64,000 bases of DNA from Candidatus Multivorans sp. (GCA_965247095.1 OZ251997.1:3456001-3520000), one strand, 5' to 3'; shown: positions 27,326-37,900, numbered from the stretch's first letter. The notes: generated by a model not told the origin, from the letters alone. Translations and numbers: made by a program.

Positions 27326-28589
27326 GAAGCGTCTCCCCAAACGCGTCCAGGAAACCGTCGGCATGCTCCCGGCTGAAGCAGAGTGGAGGCCGGATCTTGA
27401 GCACGTTGCGCAACGCACCGGCATTGCTGGTCAAGAAGCCCTTGTCCTTCAACCGGTTCACGACGGCGACGACCCCGTCCAGGTCCGCCGTCTTCGCTTC
27501 TCGATCGCTCACCCATTCGACACCGAGGAAGAGCCCGTGGCCGCGAACCTCCGCCATCGGCTCGCAGGTCTCCTGGAATGCCTCCAGACCGCGACGGAGA
27601 TAGGCGCCTACGTCGACGACGTTCCGCCGCAGGTCTTCCGACTCGATGACGTCGAGCACCGCCGACCCCACGGCAGCCTGAAGGGGGCTGGAGGCGAAGG
27701 TGTTGAAGTACCGCGAGCGCCGACGGAACTCGTCGACGAGGACCTTGGAAGCGACGACAGCCGAGATGGGCAGTCCATTGCCCATGGGCTTTCCCATCGT
27801 CACGATGTCGGGCACGAACTCGTTTCTTTCGTAGCCCCACCAGCGACCCGTCCGGCAGAAGCCCGCCTGGACCTCGTCCGCGATGAAGAGGCCCCCGGCC
27901 TTGTGCACGAGCTCGACAGCTCGCGGCATGAAGTCCTCCGGGATGTTCGGAAGGCCCTCGTTGGCGAGGATCGGGCATACGAGCATGCCGGCCAGGGAGA
28001 TGCCGTTGTTCGCGAAGTCCTCGATCGCCCGCCGGATCTCGTCGAGGTACAGGTCCGTCAGTTCCTTCCCGGAAACACCTGGGCGCAACGGACGGTAGGT
28101 CTGCGGAAACGGGATACTCCGAATCTCGCTCCCGGGCGGAAGGTTCCGCGCAAAGGTCAGACGACGGACCTCTGCACTGTTGCCGTGGTAGGCCGAGTCG
28201 GTACAGAGGATGCCTCGATTCCCGGTGGCGAGGCGCGCCATCAAGAGAGCGACCTCGTTGGCCTCCGTGCCCGTGCAGGCGAAGACGGCGCTCGTCAACG
28301 ACTCGTGGTGGCGGTCGAGCAGCTTCTCCGCGTAGTCCAGGACACCCGGGTGCAGGTAGCGACTATGGACGTTCAGTGTCGCCGCCTGCTTGGCCATCGC
28401 CTCGACGACGCGTGGATGCGCGTGCCCCACGCAGGGCACGTTGTTGTACATGTCGACGAAGCGCCGGCCGCCCTCGTCGAAGAGGTAGACACCCTCGCCG
28501 CGGACGATCGTCAGGGGTTCCTCGTAGAAGAGGTGCGCGCCGGCGCCCAACAGTTGGTCTCGCCGCGCGATCAGATCGGCCGTTGTCAA
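27303..28589 (-). CDS. Class III PLP aminotransferase (phospho-lyase-like subfamily)
   Basis: DMYNNVPCVGH, AYHG, DEVQAGF, TMGKPMGNG, YFNTF, LKIRPPL. Confidence 0.9.
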   Translation of the reverse strand: MTTADLIARRDQLLGAGAHLFYEEPLTIVRGEGVYLFDEGGRRFVDMYNNVPCVGHAHPRVVEAMAKQAATLNVHSRYLHPGVLDYAEKLLDRHHESLTSAVFACTGTEANEVALLMARLATGNRGILCTDSAYHGNSAEVRRLTFARNLPPGSEIRSIPFPQTYRPLRPGVSGKELTDLYLDEIRRAIEDFANNGISLAGMLVCPILANEGLPNIPEDFMPRAVELVHKAGGLFIADEVQAGFCRTGRWWGYERNEFVPDIVTMGKPMGNGLPISAVVASKVLVDEFRRRSRYFNTFASSPLQAAVGSAVLDVIESEDLRRNVVDVGAYLRRGLEAFQETCEPMAEVRGHGLFLGVEWVSDREAKTADLDGVVAVVNRLKDKGFLTSNAGALRNVLKIRPPLCFSREHADGFLDAFGETLRELGHRN

Positions 28590-28689
28590 GCGTTGACCTC
28601 CTCCTGTCGAGGCAGCCCCTGAGCCTCAGTTGCGACTCCCGACGGGGAGCGGCATCCTACTCTGGAGACGCCGCGAGGCGCGGTGAGCC

Positions 28690-29604
28690 CTACATCTCCA
28701 GCGCGACTTCCTTCTTGGCGTTCGACTCGAGCGACTGGACGTTGCGCTTCAGGTACTTGTTGAGCTGGCGGTCGTAGCGGCTGGTGGCGCCGGCGTGGCG
28801 AGCTCGCACGTAGGGCGCCCAACGCGGCTCGCTCGCCCCTTCGACCTGGTCGCCCATCACGGTCACGCGCTGGATGATGCGCTCCTCGTTGAAGTCGTTG
28901 AGCACGAAGTGCTGGGTGCATCGGTTGTCCCACATGGCGAGGGTGCCCTGGTTCCAGCGGTAGCGGACGGTGAAGCGCGTGTTCGACGCCCAGCGGGTCA
29001 GGTAGTTGAGCAGGTGGTCGCTCTCCTCGTGGCTGAGTTCGACGAGGCGGCGCGTGAAGTGCTCGTTGACGAAGAGGGACTTGCGGCCCGTCTCCGGGTG
29101 CACCCGGACCACCGGGTGGATCGTCATCTTCTCCGGCTTGCCGTGCGGCGTGGCGTCGTGGAGCGCCGTGAGACCCTCGCAGAGCTCCTGCAGCGGCGGC
29201 GACAGCTCCTCGTAGGCCTTGTACATGTTCGCCCACATCGTGTCGCCGCCGACCGCGGGGCACTTGACCATGTTCAGGATCGCCATCACCGAGGGACTCT
29301 GCTGGAAGCTGATGTCGCTGTGCCACTCGTCGGCGACCCCGCCGCGCGTGGCCACCAGCTCGAAGACCTCGGGGTGGTCCGTGAACGGGTTGTTGAGGTG
29401 CGGGTGCCCCTCGAGTTCGCCGAAGTGGCGGCCGAAGACAACGTGCTGCTCCACCGTCAGGTGCTGGTCGGGAAAGAAGAGGACCTGGTGCTCGAGCAGC
29501 AGGCCGCGGATCGTTGCGGCCCCCTCGGGGCCGGCGTCCGCCAGCGGCAAATCGTGGATCTCGGCACCCAGGGATCCGGAGAGACGGACGACGCGATGGC
29601 TCAT
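28690..29604 (-). CDS. TauD/TfdA family 2-oxoglutarate-dependent dioxygenase
   Basis: WHSD, GGDTMWA, HPVVRVHPETGRKSL, WDNRCTQH. Confidence 0.92.
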   Translation of the reverse strand: MSHRVVRLSGSLGAEIHDLPLADAGPEGAATIRGLLLEHQVLFFPDQHLTVEQHVVFGRHFGELEGHPHLNNPFTDHPEVFELVATRGGVADEWHSDISFQQSPSVMAILNMVKCPAVGGDTMWANMYKAYEELSPPLQELCEGLTALHDATPHGKPEKMTIHPVVRVHPETGRKSLFVNEHFTRRLVELSHEESDHLLNYLTRWASNTRFTVRYRWNQGTLAMWDNRCTQHFVLNDFNEERIIQRVTVMGDQVEGASEPRWAPYVRARHAGATSRYDRQLNKYLKRNVQSLESNAKKEVALEM

Positions 29605-29626
29605 GAGAATTCTCCTAGCGGTGCCA

Positions 29627-29686
29627 TCCGTGCGCCCGCTGACGGGCGCACGGACTGGTTCACGGGTGGCGCGGATCGCGCCACCC
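29627..29686. repeat. 60-bp double-hairpin element, perfect copy
   Basis: 12-bp stem TCCGTGCGCCCG/CGGGCGCACGGA and 10-bp stem GGGTGGCGCG/CGCGCCACCC. Confidence 0.8.
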
Positions 29687-29724
29687 GGGTTGGAGGAACG
29701 AGGCTATCTCTAACGCCAGTCCTC

Positions 29725-30572
29725 GTGTCGTCCGAGGAGAGGCTGGAGTACGTGCGGAGCACGAGCTACGCGACCTTCCTGTCGGAACGGGTCGGCCTCT
29801 CCCGAGCCGCCGCGACGGTGTTCGAGCCGACGCGGCGGGCGCTCTTTGGCGTTGGCCTCGAGAGCGTCTCCGTGAGGGAGGCGGTCCTGACCGGAACCCC
29901 CGGCCCGAACCCGCTGACCGGCCAACCCGCCGGCGCCTACGAGCCGGGCCAGTACCCGGCCCCGCGGTACCCCATGTTTCCGGATGGCAATGCGTCCGTG
30001 GCGAGGTTGTTCGTGCGAAAGCTGATCCCGGCCGTCGCGCCTGGCAACTCGATGCAGGACGTGGTCACCGCGCGCTTCGACTACTCCGCCCTCGATCGAG
30101 AAGACTTAGCCGTACGGATTCGCCTGAACAGCACGGTGGTGACTATGGCGTCTCGGCGGATCCCGACGGGCCGCTCGTCGTCTTCATGGGGCACGTACCG
30201 GCGCCGGAGAACAGCGGCGGCCAGACAGGGAGGGACCTCTACCGCATCGGCCGCCGCAAGCTGTTCGAAACACCCTTCTCGACGTACGAGACGCAGATCG
30301 AAAGGCAGCTCACATCGATGTTCGGCGACTTCGGCTTCGACGCCGACCGGCACGTCGAAGCGATCACCGTCAACCGCTGGCCCCACGGCTATGCCTACGG
30401 CTACATGGACCTGTACGACCCCGACTGGCCGGCGGGAGAAGCGCCCCACGAACTGGGGCGCAGGTCGTTCGGTCGCGTCAGCATCGCGAACTCGGACGCG
30501 GAGGCTTTGGCCTACGTTCAAGGCGCGATCGATGCCGCCTGGCGCGCGGTGGAGGAGCGGCTGAGTCTGTAG
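29725..30572 (+). pseudogene. Spermidine dehydrogenase (SpdH)-like flavoprotein remnant
   Basis: FPDGNASVARL, RIRLNSTVV, then frame change at ~30140 into AITVNRWPHGYAY...IANSDA; N-terminus and middle missing. Confidence 0.75.
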
Positions 30573-30651
30573 CAGCCCGTGGCGGAACTCGCGTTGCGCG
30601 TGGCCGCGTGTCATTTCGATGATGCGATCACCGATTTGACATGCACGGCGC

Positions 30652-30834
30652 AGCTACCTGCTTGGGATTCGGGACGGCGTGACGCTCGAGGACCATCCGC
30701 TGCGCGGCCCGATCTTCGAGTCACTCGTCGTAGCGGAGCTCGTCAAGGCCTTCTCGGCGACGGGCCGCGATTCGCCGCTGTTCTTCTGGCGAGATGCCGC
30801 CGGGCACGAGATCGATATTCTCCTCGAACGCGGG
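30652..30834 (+). pseudogene. AAA/DUF4143 ATP-binding protein fragment
   Basis: YLLGIR...HPLRGPIFESLVVAELVK...FFWRDAAGHEIDILLE. Confidence 0.75.
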
Positions 30835-30869
30835 CCTTGGGACCCGTGCGAGCGATCCGTCCCGCCGGT

Positions 30870-31120
30870 AGGCTCTTTCACCGAGAAGGTCAGGAGCTTG
30901 AGTTCAAGGAGCAGTTCAACCTTGCTGGTCTGGCCGATTACTTTGGTGACTTCGCTACTACCGGTACGGTGGCCGAACTCAGCGAATTCAGTTCGCGGAA
31001 CTCGAGAGCATCATCAATCGGCGGATCGAGCGGAACAACCAAGAGTGGCTCGACCTAGTCCAGAAGATCGGAGCCGCGGGCCCAAGTAACGCGGCCGTTC
31101 TCGATACCGAGCGGGCTTTG
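30870..31120 (+). pseudogene. Schlafen/AlbA_2 protein remnant with internal deletion
   Basis: REGQELEFKEQFNLAGLADYFGDFA then, in another frame from 30956, YYRYGGRTQRIQFAELESIINRRIE...GPSNAAVLDT. Confidence 0.65.
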
Positions 31121-31239
31121 GACCAGGCAGCCTCCGGCTGCCAGAGGTGCTGCCACCCGCTTTGAGCTGCGTCAGGGGCGCGGTATCCTCGTTGGCGATG
31201 AACAACACACGAAGGCCGCTGACATGGTCCATCAGGATC

Positions 31240-31320
31240 TGTGCCTTCTGTTTTGGGCGGCCGCTGCCTCGGCCGAGAGCGTCGACTGGCCCCGTTTCGG
31301 TAACGATCCCGGCTCGACCC
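31240..31320 (+). pseudogene. N-terminal stub of a PQQ dehydrogenase paralogue
   Basis: AAASAESVDWPRFGNDPGST resembles AATAADTDWPNFGNDAGNS of the next gene. Confidence 0.5.
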
Positions 31321-31343
31321 CGAGAGCGGCAGGATCTACCGTG

Positions 31344-33332
31344 ATGGAAGTGGCGCCCTCTACGAACGTGGCCAAGACCCTGCTCCTCTCCTGTTGCGCG
31401 GCGCCGCTGCTCGTCGCCGCTGTCGCGACTGCCGCCGACACCGACTGGCCTAACTTCGGCAACGACGCCGGCAATTCGAAGTACTCGCCGCTGGCCAAGA
31501 TAGACGCCGACAACTTCGATCGTGTGCGGGTGGTCTGGACCTGGGAGTCGGTCGACACCCGGATCCCGAACCTGCCCGACTCGATCAGGCCGCGGTCTTT
31601 CAAGGCCATTCCGGTGGTCATCGACGGCCGTATGTACGTGAGCACCTCCCTCGGCCAGGTGGCGGCGATCGACGCCGCCTCGGGCAAGCCGTTGTGGAGC
31701 TACGACCCCCAGAGCTGGGAGGCGGGGCGGCCGACGAACATGGGGTTCCAACACCGCGGAGTGGCGATCTGGGGCAAGGGGGAGAAGCAACGAGTGATGA
31801 TGGCCACCCACGACCGGCGCCTGCTCTCGCTCGACGCCACAACCGGCAGGCCCGATCCCGCCTTCGGGAATCGGGGCGCACTGGGGATGACCAAGGATCT
31901 GGGCCGCAAGGTCCTCGAGTCGCGAACCACACACAGCTCGCCGCCGGCGATCTGTCGCGACACCGTGATCGTGGGCTCGATCGTGGCCGATATAGCCACA
32001 CATCAAGAGGCGCCGCCGGGCTTCGTGCGCGCCTATGACGCCGAGAGCGGCGCCCTGGCGTGGGTCTTTCACACCATACCCCAGCAGGGAGAGGAGGGCA
32101 CAGAGACCTGGGAGAACGAGTCGTGGCGCTACAGCGGCAATACCAATGTGTGGTCGATGATCACCGTCGACGAAGAGCTCGGCCTCGCCTATCTTCCGAT
32201 CGGCACACCGACGAGTGACCTCTACGGTGGTCATCGCCTTGGCGACAACCTCTACGCCGAGAGCCTGGTGGCGGTCGACTGCGAGACCGGCCAAAAACGC
32301 TGGCACTTCCAGATCGTGCACCACGGCCTCTGGGACTACGACCTGCCACCGCCGCCGAACAGGATCGATCTGATGGTGGATGGCAAGCCCCGGAAGGTGG
32401 TGGCGCAAGCCAGCAAGCAGGCCTTCCTCTTCGTCCTCGACGCGGTGACGGGAGAGCCGCTGTGGCCGGTCGAAGAGCGTCCTGTGCCTCCGAGCCAGGT
32501 GCCTGGAGAGAGCGCCTCGCCGACCCAGCCTTTCCCCACCAAGCCCGCCGCCTACGATCGCCAGGGCATCAGCGTAGACGACCTGATCGACTTCACCCCC
32601 CAGCTTCGGGAAGAAGCCCTCGAGATCGCGAGCGCGTACGAGCTGGCGCCTCTCTACACGCCGCCTCGGGTCGCGGGCGAGGGTAAGCCGGTGATCCAGC
32701 AGCCCGGTCCGGGTGGAGGCACCAACTGGACCGGCACCGCGGTGGACCCCGAAAGCGGCATGATCTACGTGCCTTCCTACGCCACCCCGAGATCCGTTTC
32801 TCTCACCTCGCCCGACCCCAATCGATCGAATCTGCGTTACGTACCCGACGGCTGGTACGAGCACGTCGAGGGTCCTCGAGGTCTGCCGCTGGTCAAGCCG
32901 CCATACGGACGCGTCACCGCGATCGATCTCGCTACCGGCGAGCACGTCTGGGTCGCGGCCCACGGTGAGGGGCCGCGCAACCACCCGGCGATCAAGCACC
33001 TGGGCCTGGATCGCCTGGGCTCCCCGAACCGGTTTGCAGCGCCGCTGGTGACCAGGACTCTGTTGTTCGTCACCCATCGTGCCGAGAGCACCACCGGCGC
33101 CGATCCTCCCACCACGGATCGACCCGCCGAGATCAGCGTTTACGACAAGAAGACCGGGGCCTACCTGGGCGGCATCGAGCTCCCCGCCTTGCCCAACTCG
33201 AACCTCATCACCTACGAAGTGGGGGGTCGTCAGTATCTCGCGCTAAGCGTCGGTGGCGGAAGAGAGGCTACCGAGACCGACCCTCCTGCCGGTGTGGTCG
33301 CACTCGCGCTCGCCGGAGAGGAGGCAGAGTAG
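31344..33332 (+). CDS. PQQ-dependent dehydrogenase (glucose/quinate DH-like, secreted)
   Basis: KYSPLAKID, WVFHTIPQQGE, HHGLWDYDLP, PTQPFPTKP, KPPYGRVTAIDL. Confidence 0.9.
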   Translation: MEVAPSTNVAKTLLLSCCAAPLLVAAVATAADTDWPNFGNDAGNSKYSPLAKIDADNFDRVRVVWTWESVDTRIPNLPDSIRPRSFKAIPVVIDGRMYVSTSLGQVAAIDAASGKPLWSYDPQSWEAGRPTNMGFQHRGVAIWGKGEKQRVMMATHDRRLLSLDATTGRPDPAFGNRGALGMTKDLGRKVLESRTTHSSPPAICRDTVIVGSIVADIATHQEAPPGFVRAYDAESGALAWVFHTIPQQGEEGTETWENESWRYSGNTNVWSMITVDEELGLAYLPIGTPTSDLYGGHRLGDNLYAESLVAVDCETGQKRWHFQIVHHGLWDYDLPPPPNRIDLMVDGKPRKVVAQASKQAFLFVLDAVTGEPLWPVEERPVPPSQVPGESASPTQPFPTKPAAYDRQGISVDDLIDFTPQLREEALEIASAYELAPLYTPPRVAGEGKPVIQQPGPGGGTNWTGTAVDPESGMIYVPSYATPRSVSLTSPDPNRSNLRYVPDGWYEHVEGPRGLPLVKPPYGRVTAIDLATGEHVWVAAHGEGPRNHPAIKHLGLDRLGSPNRFAAPLVTRTLLFVTHRAESTTGADPPTTDRPAEISVYDKKTGAYLGGIELPALPNSNLITYEVGGRQYLALSVGGGREATETDPPAGVVALALAGEEAE

Positions 33333-34840
33333 TGATGGCATTTCGATTCAGAGACTGTGCGCTCGCCGTGGGACTGATCGCCGCGTTCGGCTGTCAATCT
33401 TCTGAGCCGCCACCGGAGACCTCGATTCCCCCACCGGCGCCAGCACCGCCGCCGAACATCGTCGTCATCGTCGGTGACGACCTGGGCTACGGCGACATCG
33501 GGGTGTACGGCTCGCAGATCCCCACGCCTCACATCGACCAGTTGGCACGCGACGGCGTGCGCCTGACCGACGGCCATGTGTCCGCAGCCGTCTGCAGTCC
33601 GATGCGAGCGGGTTTCCACACCGGGCGGTATCAGAATCGCTTCGGCTGGGAGTACAACCCCACCGACCACAACCTCGGGCTTCCGTTGGATCAGAAAACG
33701 GTCGCCAACCACTTTCAGGACGCCGGCTATGTCACCGGCCTGATCGGTAAGTGGCACCTGGGCGTGGCCGAGCCGCACCATCCACTCCACCGCGGCTTCG
33801 ACGAGTTCTACGGAATGCTGGGAGGCGCCTCCAGCTACATCGACTCCCGACTTCCAGGCACCCACGAGTGGCCCGCCGAGGGAGCCCCCACCACCCGCAC
33901 CAGCGACTCGCGTGTCATCCGCGACGGCTTCGAGGTGATCGAGGTCGAGGAGTATCTGACTGACGTCTTTGCCGAGAAGGCGGTCGAGTTCATCGATCGC
34001 CACGCCGACGAGCGCTTCCTCCTGATGCTGACTCCCAACACTCCGCACACCCCGCTGCAGGCGACCGACGAGTACATGGAGCGGGTGCAGCACATCGAAG
34101 GCGATGGAGCGCGCGTCTACGCTGCGATGGTCGTCTCGCTCGACGACTACGTCGGCGACGTCGTCGCGGCTCTACGCAAGCACGACCTCGAGCGCGACAC
34201 GCTGGTCGTCTTTCTCTCCGACAATGGGTGCATCAACTACATGACCGAGCCGATCTGCACCAACGCGCCGCTGGCGGGGAACAAGCGCTACCACCTGGAA
34301 GGCGGTCATCGTGTTCCCTTCATCCTCAAGTGGCCGGCGGGCCTTCCTCAGGGCGAGGTTTACGGCGAGCTTGCCAGCGCACTCGATCTCTACGCCACTT
34401 TCACTGCCGCGAGCGGTCTCGAAGCGGATAGCCCGGACAGCGTCAATCTGCTTCCGCATCTACGCGGCGAGATCAGCGAGCCGCCGCACGAGTTCCTCTA
34501 TTGGCGGGCGGCGCCGAACATCGCCATCCGCTGGGGCAAGTGGAAGATGTGGAGAGTGAACAACACCGACATGGAGGTCCCTGACGGGCGACCGGGCCAG
34601 ACGACCCCGCTGAGGGAATACCCACCCGACGACTCACCCATGGGTCAGACCACCGTTCTCTACGATCTGGAGGCTGACATCGGCGAAACCAACAACATCG
34701 CAGATCAGCACCCCGAGATCGTCGAGCGCCTGGAGAGCGAGCTCGCCGCCTGGGAGGCCGAGCTCGCCGAACCACTCTGGGTCAACCATCGCGGGACTCT
34801 TCACTCGCTTCACGGTCAGACGGTTCAGCTCTTCTTTTGA
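33332..34840 (+). CDS. Sulfatase (lipoprotein)
   Basis: PNIVVIVGDDLGYGD, CSPMR (CxPxR), GKWHLG, FLSDNG. Confidence 0.92.
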   Translation: MMAFRFRDCALAVGLIAAFGCQSSEPPPETSIPPPAPAPPPNIVVIVGDDLGYGDIGVYGSQIPTPHIDQLARDGVRLTDGHVSAAVCSPMRAGFHTGRYQNRFGWEYNPTDHNLGLPLDQKTVANHFQDAGYVTGLIGKWHLGVAEPHHPLHRGFDEFYGMLGGASSYIDSRLPGTHEWPAEGAPTTRTSDSRVIRDGFEVIEVEEYLTDVFAEKAVEFIDRHADERFLLMLTPNTPHTPLQATDEYMERVQHIEGDGARVYAAMVVSLDDYVGDVVAALRKHDLERDTLVVFLSDNGCINYMTEPICTNAPLAGNKRYHLEGGHRVPFILKWPAGLPQGEVYGELASALDLYATFTAASGLEADSPDSVNLLPHLRGEISEPPHEFLYWRAAPNIAIRWGKWKMWRVNNTDMEVPDGRPGQTTPLREYPPDDSPMGQTTVLYDLEADIGETNNIADQHPEIVERLESELAAWEAELAEPLWVNHRGTLHSLHGQTVQLFF

Positions 34841-34906
34841 GGCTCCGCGTCCTACAATTCCAGAGAGCGTTGTCGCGGCCTCCGAGACACGACTCAGCCG
34901 CTCGCC

Positions 34907-34950
34907 ATGAAGCCTGGCCGGGCGATTGTCGATACAAACGTCGTCGTCTC
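34907..34950 (+). pseudogene. PIN-domain toxin N-terminal stub
   Basis: MKPGRAIVDTNVVVS then loss of coding character. Confidence 0.45.
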
Positions 34951-35123
34951 CCGACAGGCGGCGGCTGATCCTGGAATCGCTACCCGTCCGAGCTCACTGG
35001 CGTCCCGGTATGATTCTTGCAGCCATTTGCGCATTAGGGTCATTTTTGACATAGTAGCCCGCTTCGAGCCGAACCCGGTCTCAAGCGGGACTCAAACATA
35101 AGGGCTCCTTCTGGAGGACAGCA

Positions 35124-37829
35124 ATGCTGCGAGCGAAAGCTGCCACTGTCAGGTCAGTTCTCTGTGTCTTCGCCATCGCCTGTGTGGTTCAGGCGCCGCT
35201 CTTGGCCGATGGTCCGCAGACATCGACCATTGACGGCACCATTACCGATGCCCAGGGTGCCGGCCTGCCCGGCGTCACGGTGACCCTGGCCGGCCCTCAG
35301 AACACCAGGAGGGAGATCACCAACGCCGAGGGCGACTATCGCTTCGCCCTGCTGCAGCCCGGCAACTATAAGGTGACCGCCAACCTCGAGGGTCTCGGCT
35401 CCGCCGAGCGCGATGTAAAGCTAGATCCCGGCCAGCGCCAGGACGTCGACCTCACCCTCCAGGCGGCCACCTCCGAGACCATCACCGTCACCTCCGAGGC
35501 GGCGCTGATCTCGAAGTACGACACCGGTGCCGCTTCTGCCATCCCGGAAGAGGCGCTCGAGAACGTCACCTACTCCTCGCGCAACTACAATTCGAGCGTC
35601 AGGCAGATGCCGACTCTGGTGACGCGCAGACAGGAGAATGATTTCCAACCCTCGGTCAACGGTGGCATCCGCACCGAGCTGGGTGTTTTCATCGACGGCG
35701 TCGACGTGGGCATGCCTCTTCGCGGCGGCGAGCTGCGCTTCCAGCTCCCGTCGAGCGCGATCACCGAGACCAAGATGGAAACGGCCGGTTTCGGCGCCGA
35801 GTACGGCCGCGCGACGAACGGAGTGATGAACTCGACGATCAAGACCGGCACCAACAAGTTCCACGGCGACTTCCTCTATATCGGCCAGAACCCGAGTTGG
35901 CGTGACGAGGACTGGCTCGGAATCGAGCGCCCCGATGAGATGATCAACAGCTTCGAGACCTCGCTCGGTGGCCCGATCTGGCCCGACAAGGCCTGGTTCT
36001 TCGCCTCCTACAACGAGATGAGTGACAACCGGCTCGACCAGACTCGTACCGCCGTGGTGACCCCCACCTCGCGCGAAGCGGAGCCGCTCATCGCCAAGGT
36101 GAACGCCCAGCCCGGCAACCGCCACCAGCTTTCGCTAACCGCCATCGACTCCCCGTCCGTGGCGATCGCCGGGTCCGGCATTGTGCTAGCCGGCGACCAG
36201 TACTCCCTCATGAGCTTTCCGCTCAATAACCGGATTCAGACCCTGACCTGGAGCTTCGCCATGACCAGCTCGGCGTTCCTCGAGGTCAAGGGCGCCAACC
36301 GCGAAGAGTTTATTGCACGCGTTGCTTTCCCGCCAGCTCCGATCGTTCCCCGCGCCTCGGTCGACTCTCCCAACGGCAACGACTTCCGCTACATCGATCT
36401 CAACAACGCTTTGCGCTACAACGGTCCCCTAATAGGCCTGGGGTCTGGGTTCAACGACCTTCCGCGCGATCAGGCGAATGGCTCGGTGACTCTCTTCGAG
36501 GGCAATCACGAGATCAAGGTCGGCGTCGACATCCAGGACATCACCTTCAACAACCTGACCGACATCGGTACCGAGTATCGTGGCCGCGGTTTCTGCCGCG
36601 AGTGCCCTTCTGGCTACGACAGGCCGGCCAACAAGCGGGTCTACGACCCCGCCGCCCCGATCTCGATGGATACTCTGATGAGTGCTGCCTATGCCCAGGA
36701 CCGGATCGAGGTCGGTGACCACCTGACCTTCCACCTCGGCGTGCGCTACGACGAGCAGTGGATCGAGAACGACATTGGGGAGCGGGTCAACGACTACGGC
36801 GAGTGGGCGCCGCGTGCATCGGTGGTCTACGACATCAACGCCGACGGCAAGATGCTGGTGCGGGGAAGCGCCGGCCGCTACTTCCGCAACATCGGCCTCA
36901 CTGTCATCTTCCAGGAGTTCACCCGTGGCAACAACGGCGCGAACGTCTACAACCAGTTCCTGTGGAATCCCGCGACGGAGCTCTACGATCGCTTTCAGCG
37001 CCGCATCGAGCCCTCCCCGAGTAATGACGTCGCCGGCATCGAGCCCTACTACAAGGACGAGGTGTCGGTGGGCTTCGACTGGCAGTTCGCCAAGAACTGG
37101 GTCTTCACTTCGCACGCCGTCGTGCACGAGTCGGATGACATCTTCTCGGCCAGCCTGCAGTACGACGAGGACGGCGAGGTCTTCCGCGACCTGCGCAACT
37201 GGTCCAACAACTACCGCGAGTACGAGGGCCTCTCGTTCCAGGTCAACCGTGCGTTTCGCAACAACTGGTCGCTGCAGTCTAACTTGTCGATCGGTAACGC
37301 CGACGGCACCATCGAGTCCTCCAGCGACAACGACAACCACAACGAAGGCTTCGGCGGCATCGAGGTATCGACGGGCGATCTCAACACCACCAGTAGCCCC
37401 TTCTGGGACGGGCCCATGACCCACGACCGGGAGTTCATGGTCAACATCGTCGGCCTCAAGCGCTTCGTGTTCGGCAAGCATGACCTCATGACCAGTGCTT
37501 TCTTGAAGTATTCCGCCGGCGAGCCCTGGGCATTGCACCCCTCCACCAGGGTGGCGCACCCGGTGTCCGGCCAGACCATCAGAACCTCGACCTTCCGCGA
37601 GCCGAGAGGCTCTCAGCAAATGGAGGACTTCTGGAACCTCAACCTGAGTGTCACCTACCAGTTCCCGATTGCGGGCTCGGTGCAGGGCAGTATCGGCGGT
37701 GAGGTTGCCAACGCCACCAACGAGCAGGCTGTGGTCCGGATCAACGAGAGGACCGGCAGACCGCATTCCTCGGTCGCGTCTCACCAGTACCCGCGGGAGT
37801 ATCGCCTCAAGGTCGGTTTCCGCTTCTAA
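35124..37829 (+). CDS. TonB-dependent receptor with N-terminal carboxypeptidase-regulatory-like domain
   Basis: GLPGVTVTL, FGAEYGRATNGVMN, TGTNKFHG, C-terminal VGFRF. Confidence 0.9.
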   Translation: MLRAKAATVRSVLCVFAIACVVQAPLLADGPQTSTIDGTITDAQGAGLPGVTVTLAGPQNTRREITNAEGDYRFALLQPGNYKVTANLEGLGSAERDVKLDPGQRQDVDLTLQAATSETITVTSEAALISKYDTGAASAIPEEALENVTYSSRNYNSSVRQMPTLVTRRQENDFQPSVNGGIRTELGVFIDGVDVGMPLRGGELRFQLPSSAITETKMETAGFGAEYGRATNGVMNSTIKTGTNKFHGDFLYIGQNPSWRDEDWLGIERPDEMINSFETSLGGPIWPDKAWFFASYNEMSDNRLDQTRTAVVTPTSREAEPLIAKVNAQPGNRHQLSLTAIDSPSVAIAGSGIVLAGDQYSLMSFPLNNRIQTLTWSFAMTSSAFLEVKGANREEFIARVAFPPAPIVPRASVDSPNGNDFRYIDLNNALRYNGPLIGLGSGFNDLPRDQANGSVTLFEGNHEIKVGVDIQDITFNNLTDIGTEYRGRGFCRECPSGYDRPANKRVYDPAAPISMDTLMSAAYAQDRIEVGDHLTFHLGVRYDEQWIENDIGERVNDYGEWAPRASVVYDINADGKMLVRGSAGRYFRNIGLTVIFQEFTRGNNGANVYNQFLWNPATELYDRFQRRIEPSPSNDVAGIEPYYKDEVSVGFDWQFAKNWVFTSHAVVHESDDIFSASLQYDEDGEVFRDLRNWSNNYREYEGLSFQVNRAFRNNWSLQSNLSIGNADGTIESSSDNDNHNEGFGGIEVSTGDLNTTSSPFWDGPMTHDREFMVNIVGLKRFVFGKHDLMTSAFLKYSAGEPWALHPSTRVAHPVSGQTIRTSTFREPRGSQQMEDFWNLNLSVTYQFPIAGSVQGSIGGEVANATNEQAVVRINERTGRPHSSVASHQYPREYRLKVGFRF

Positions 37830-37865
37830 GCAACGTCGGGACACGATCGGCTTGCCTGAGATTCC

Positions 37866-37900
37866 AAGACACCGGCGGCCGCCGCCGGTGTCTTTTTCTT
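37866..37900 (+). terminator. Rho-independent terminator
   Basis: AAGACACCGGCGG-ccg-CCGCCGGTGTCTT followed by T tract. Confidence 0.85.
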
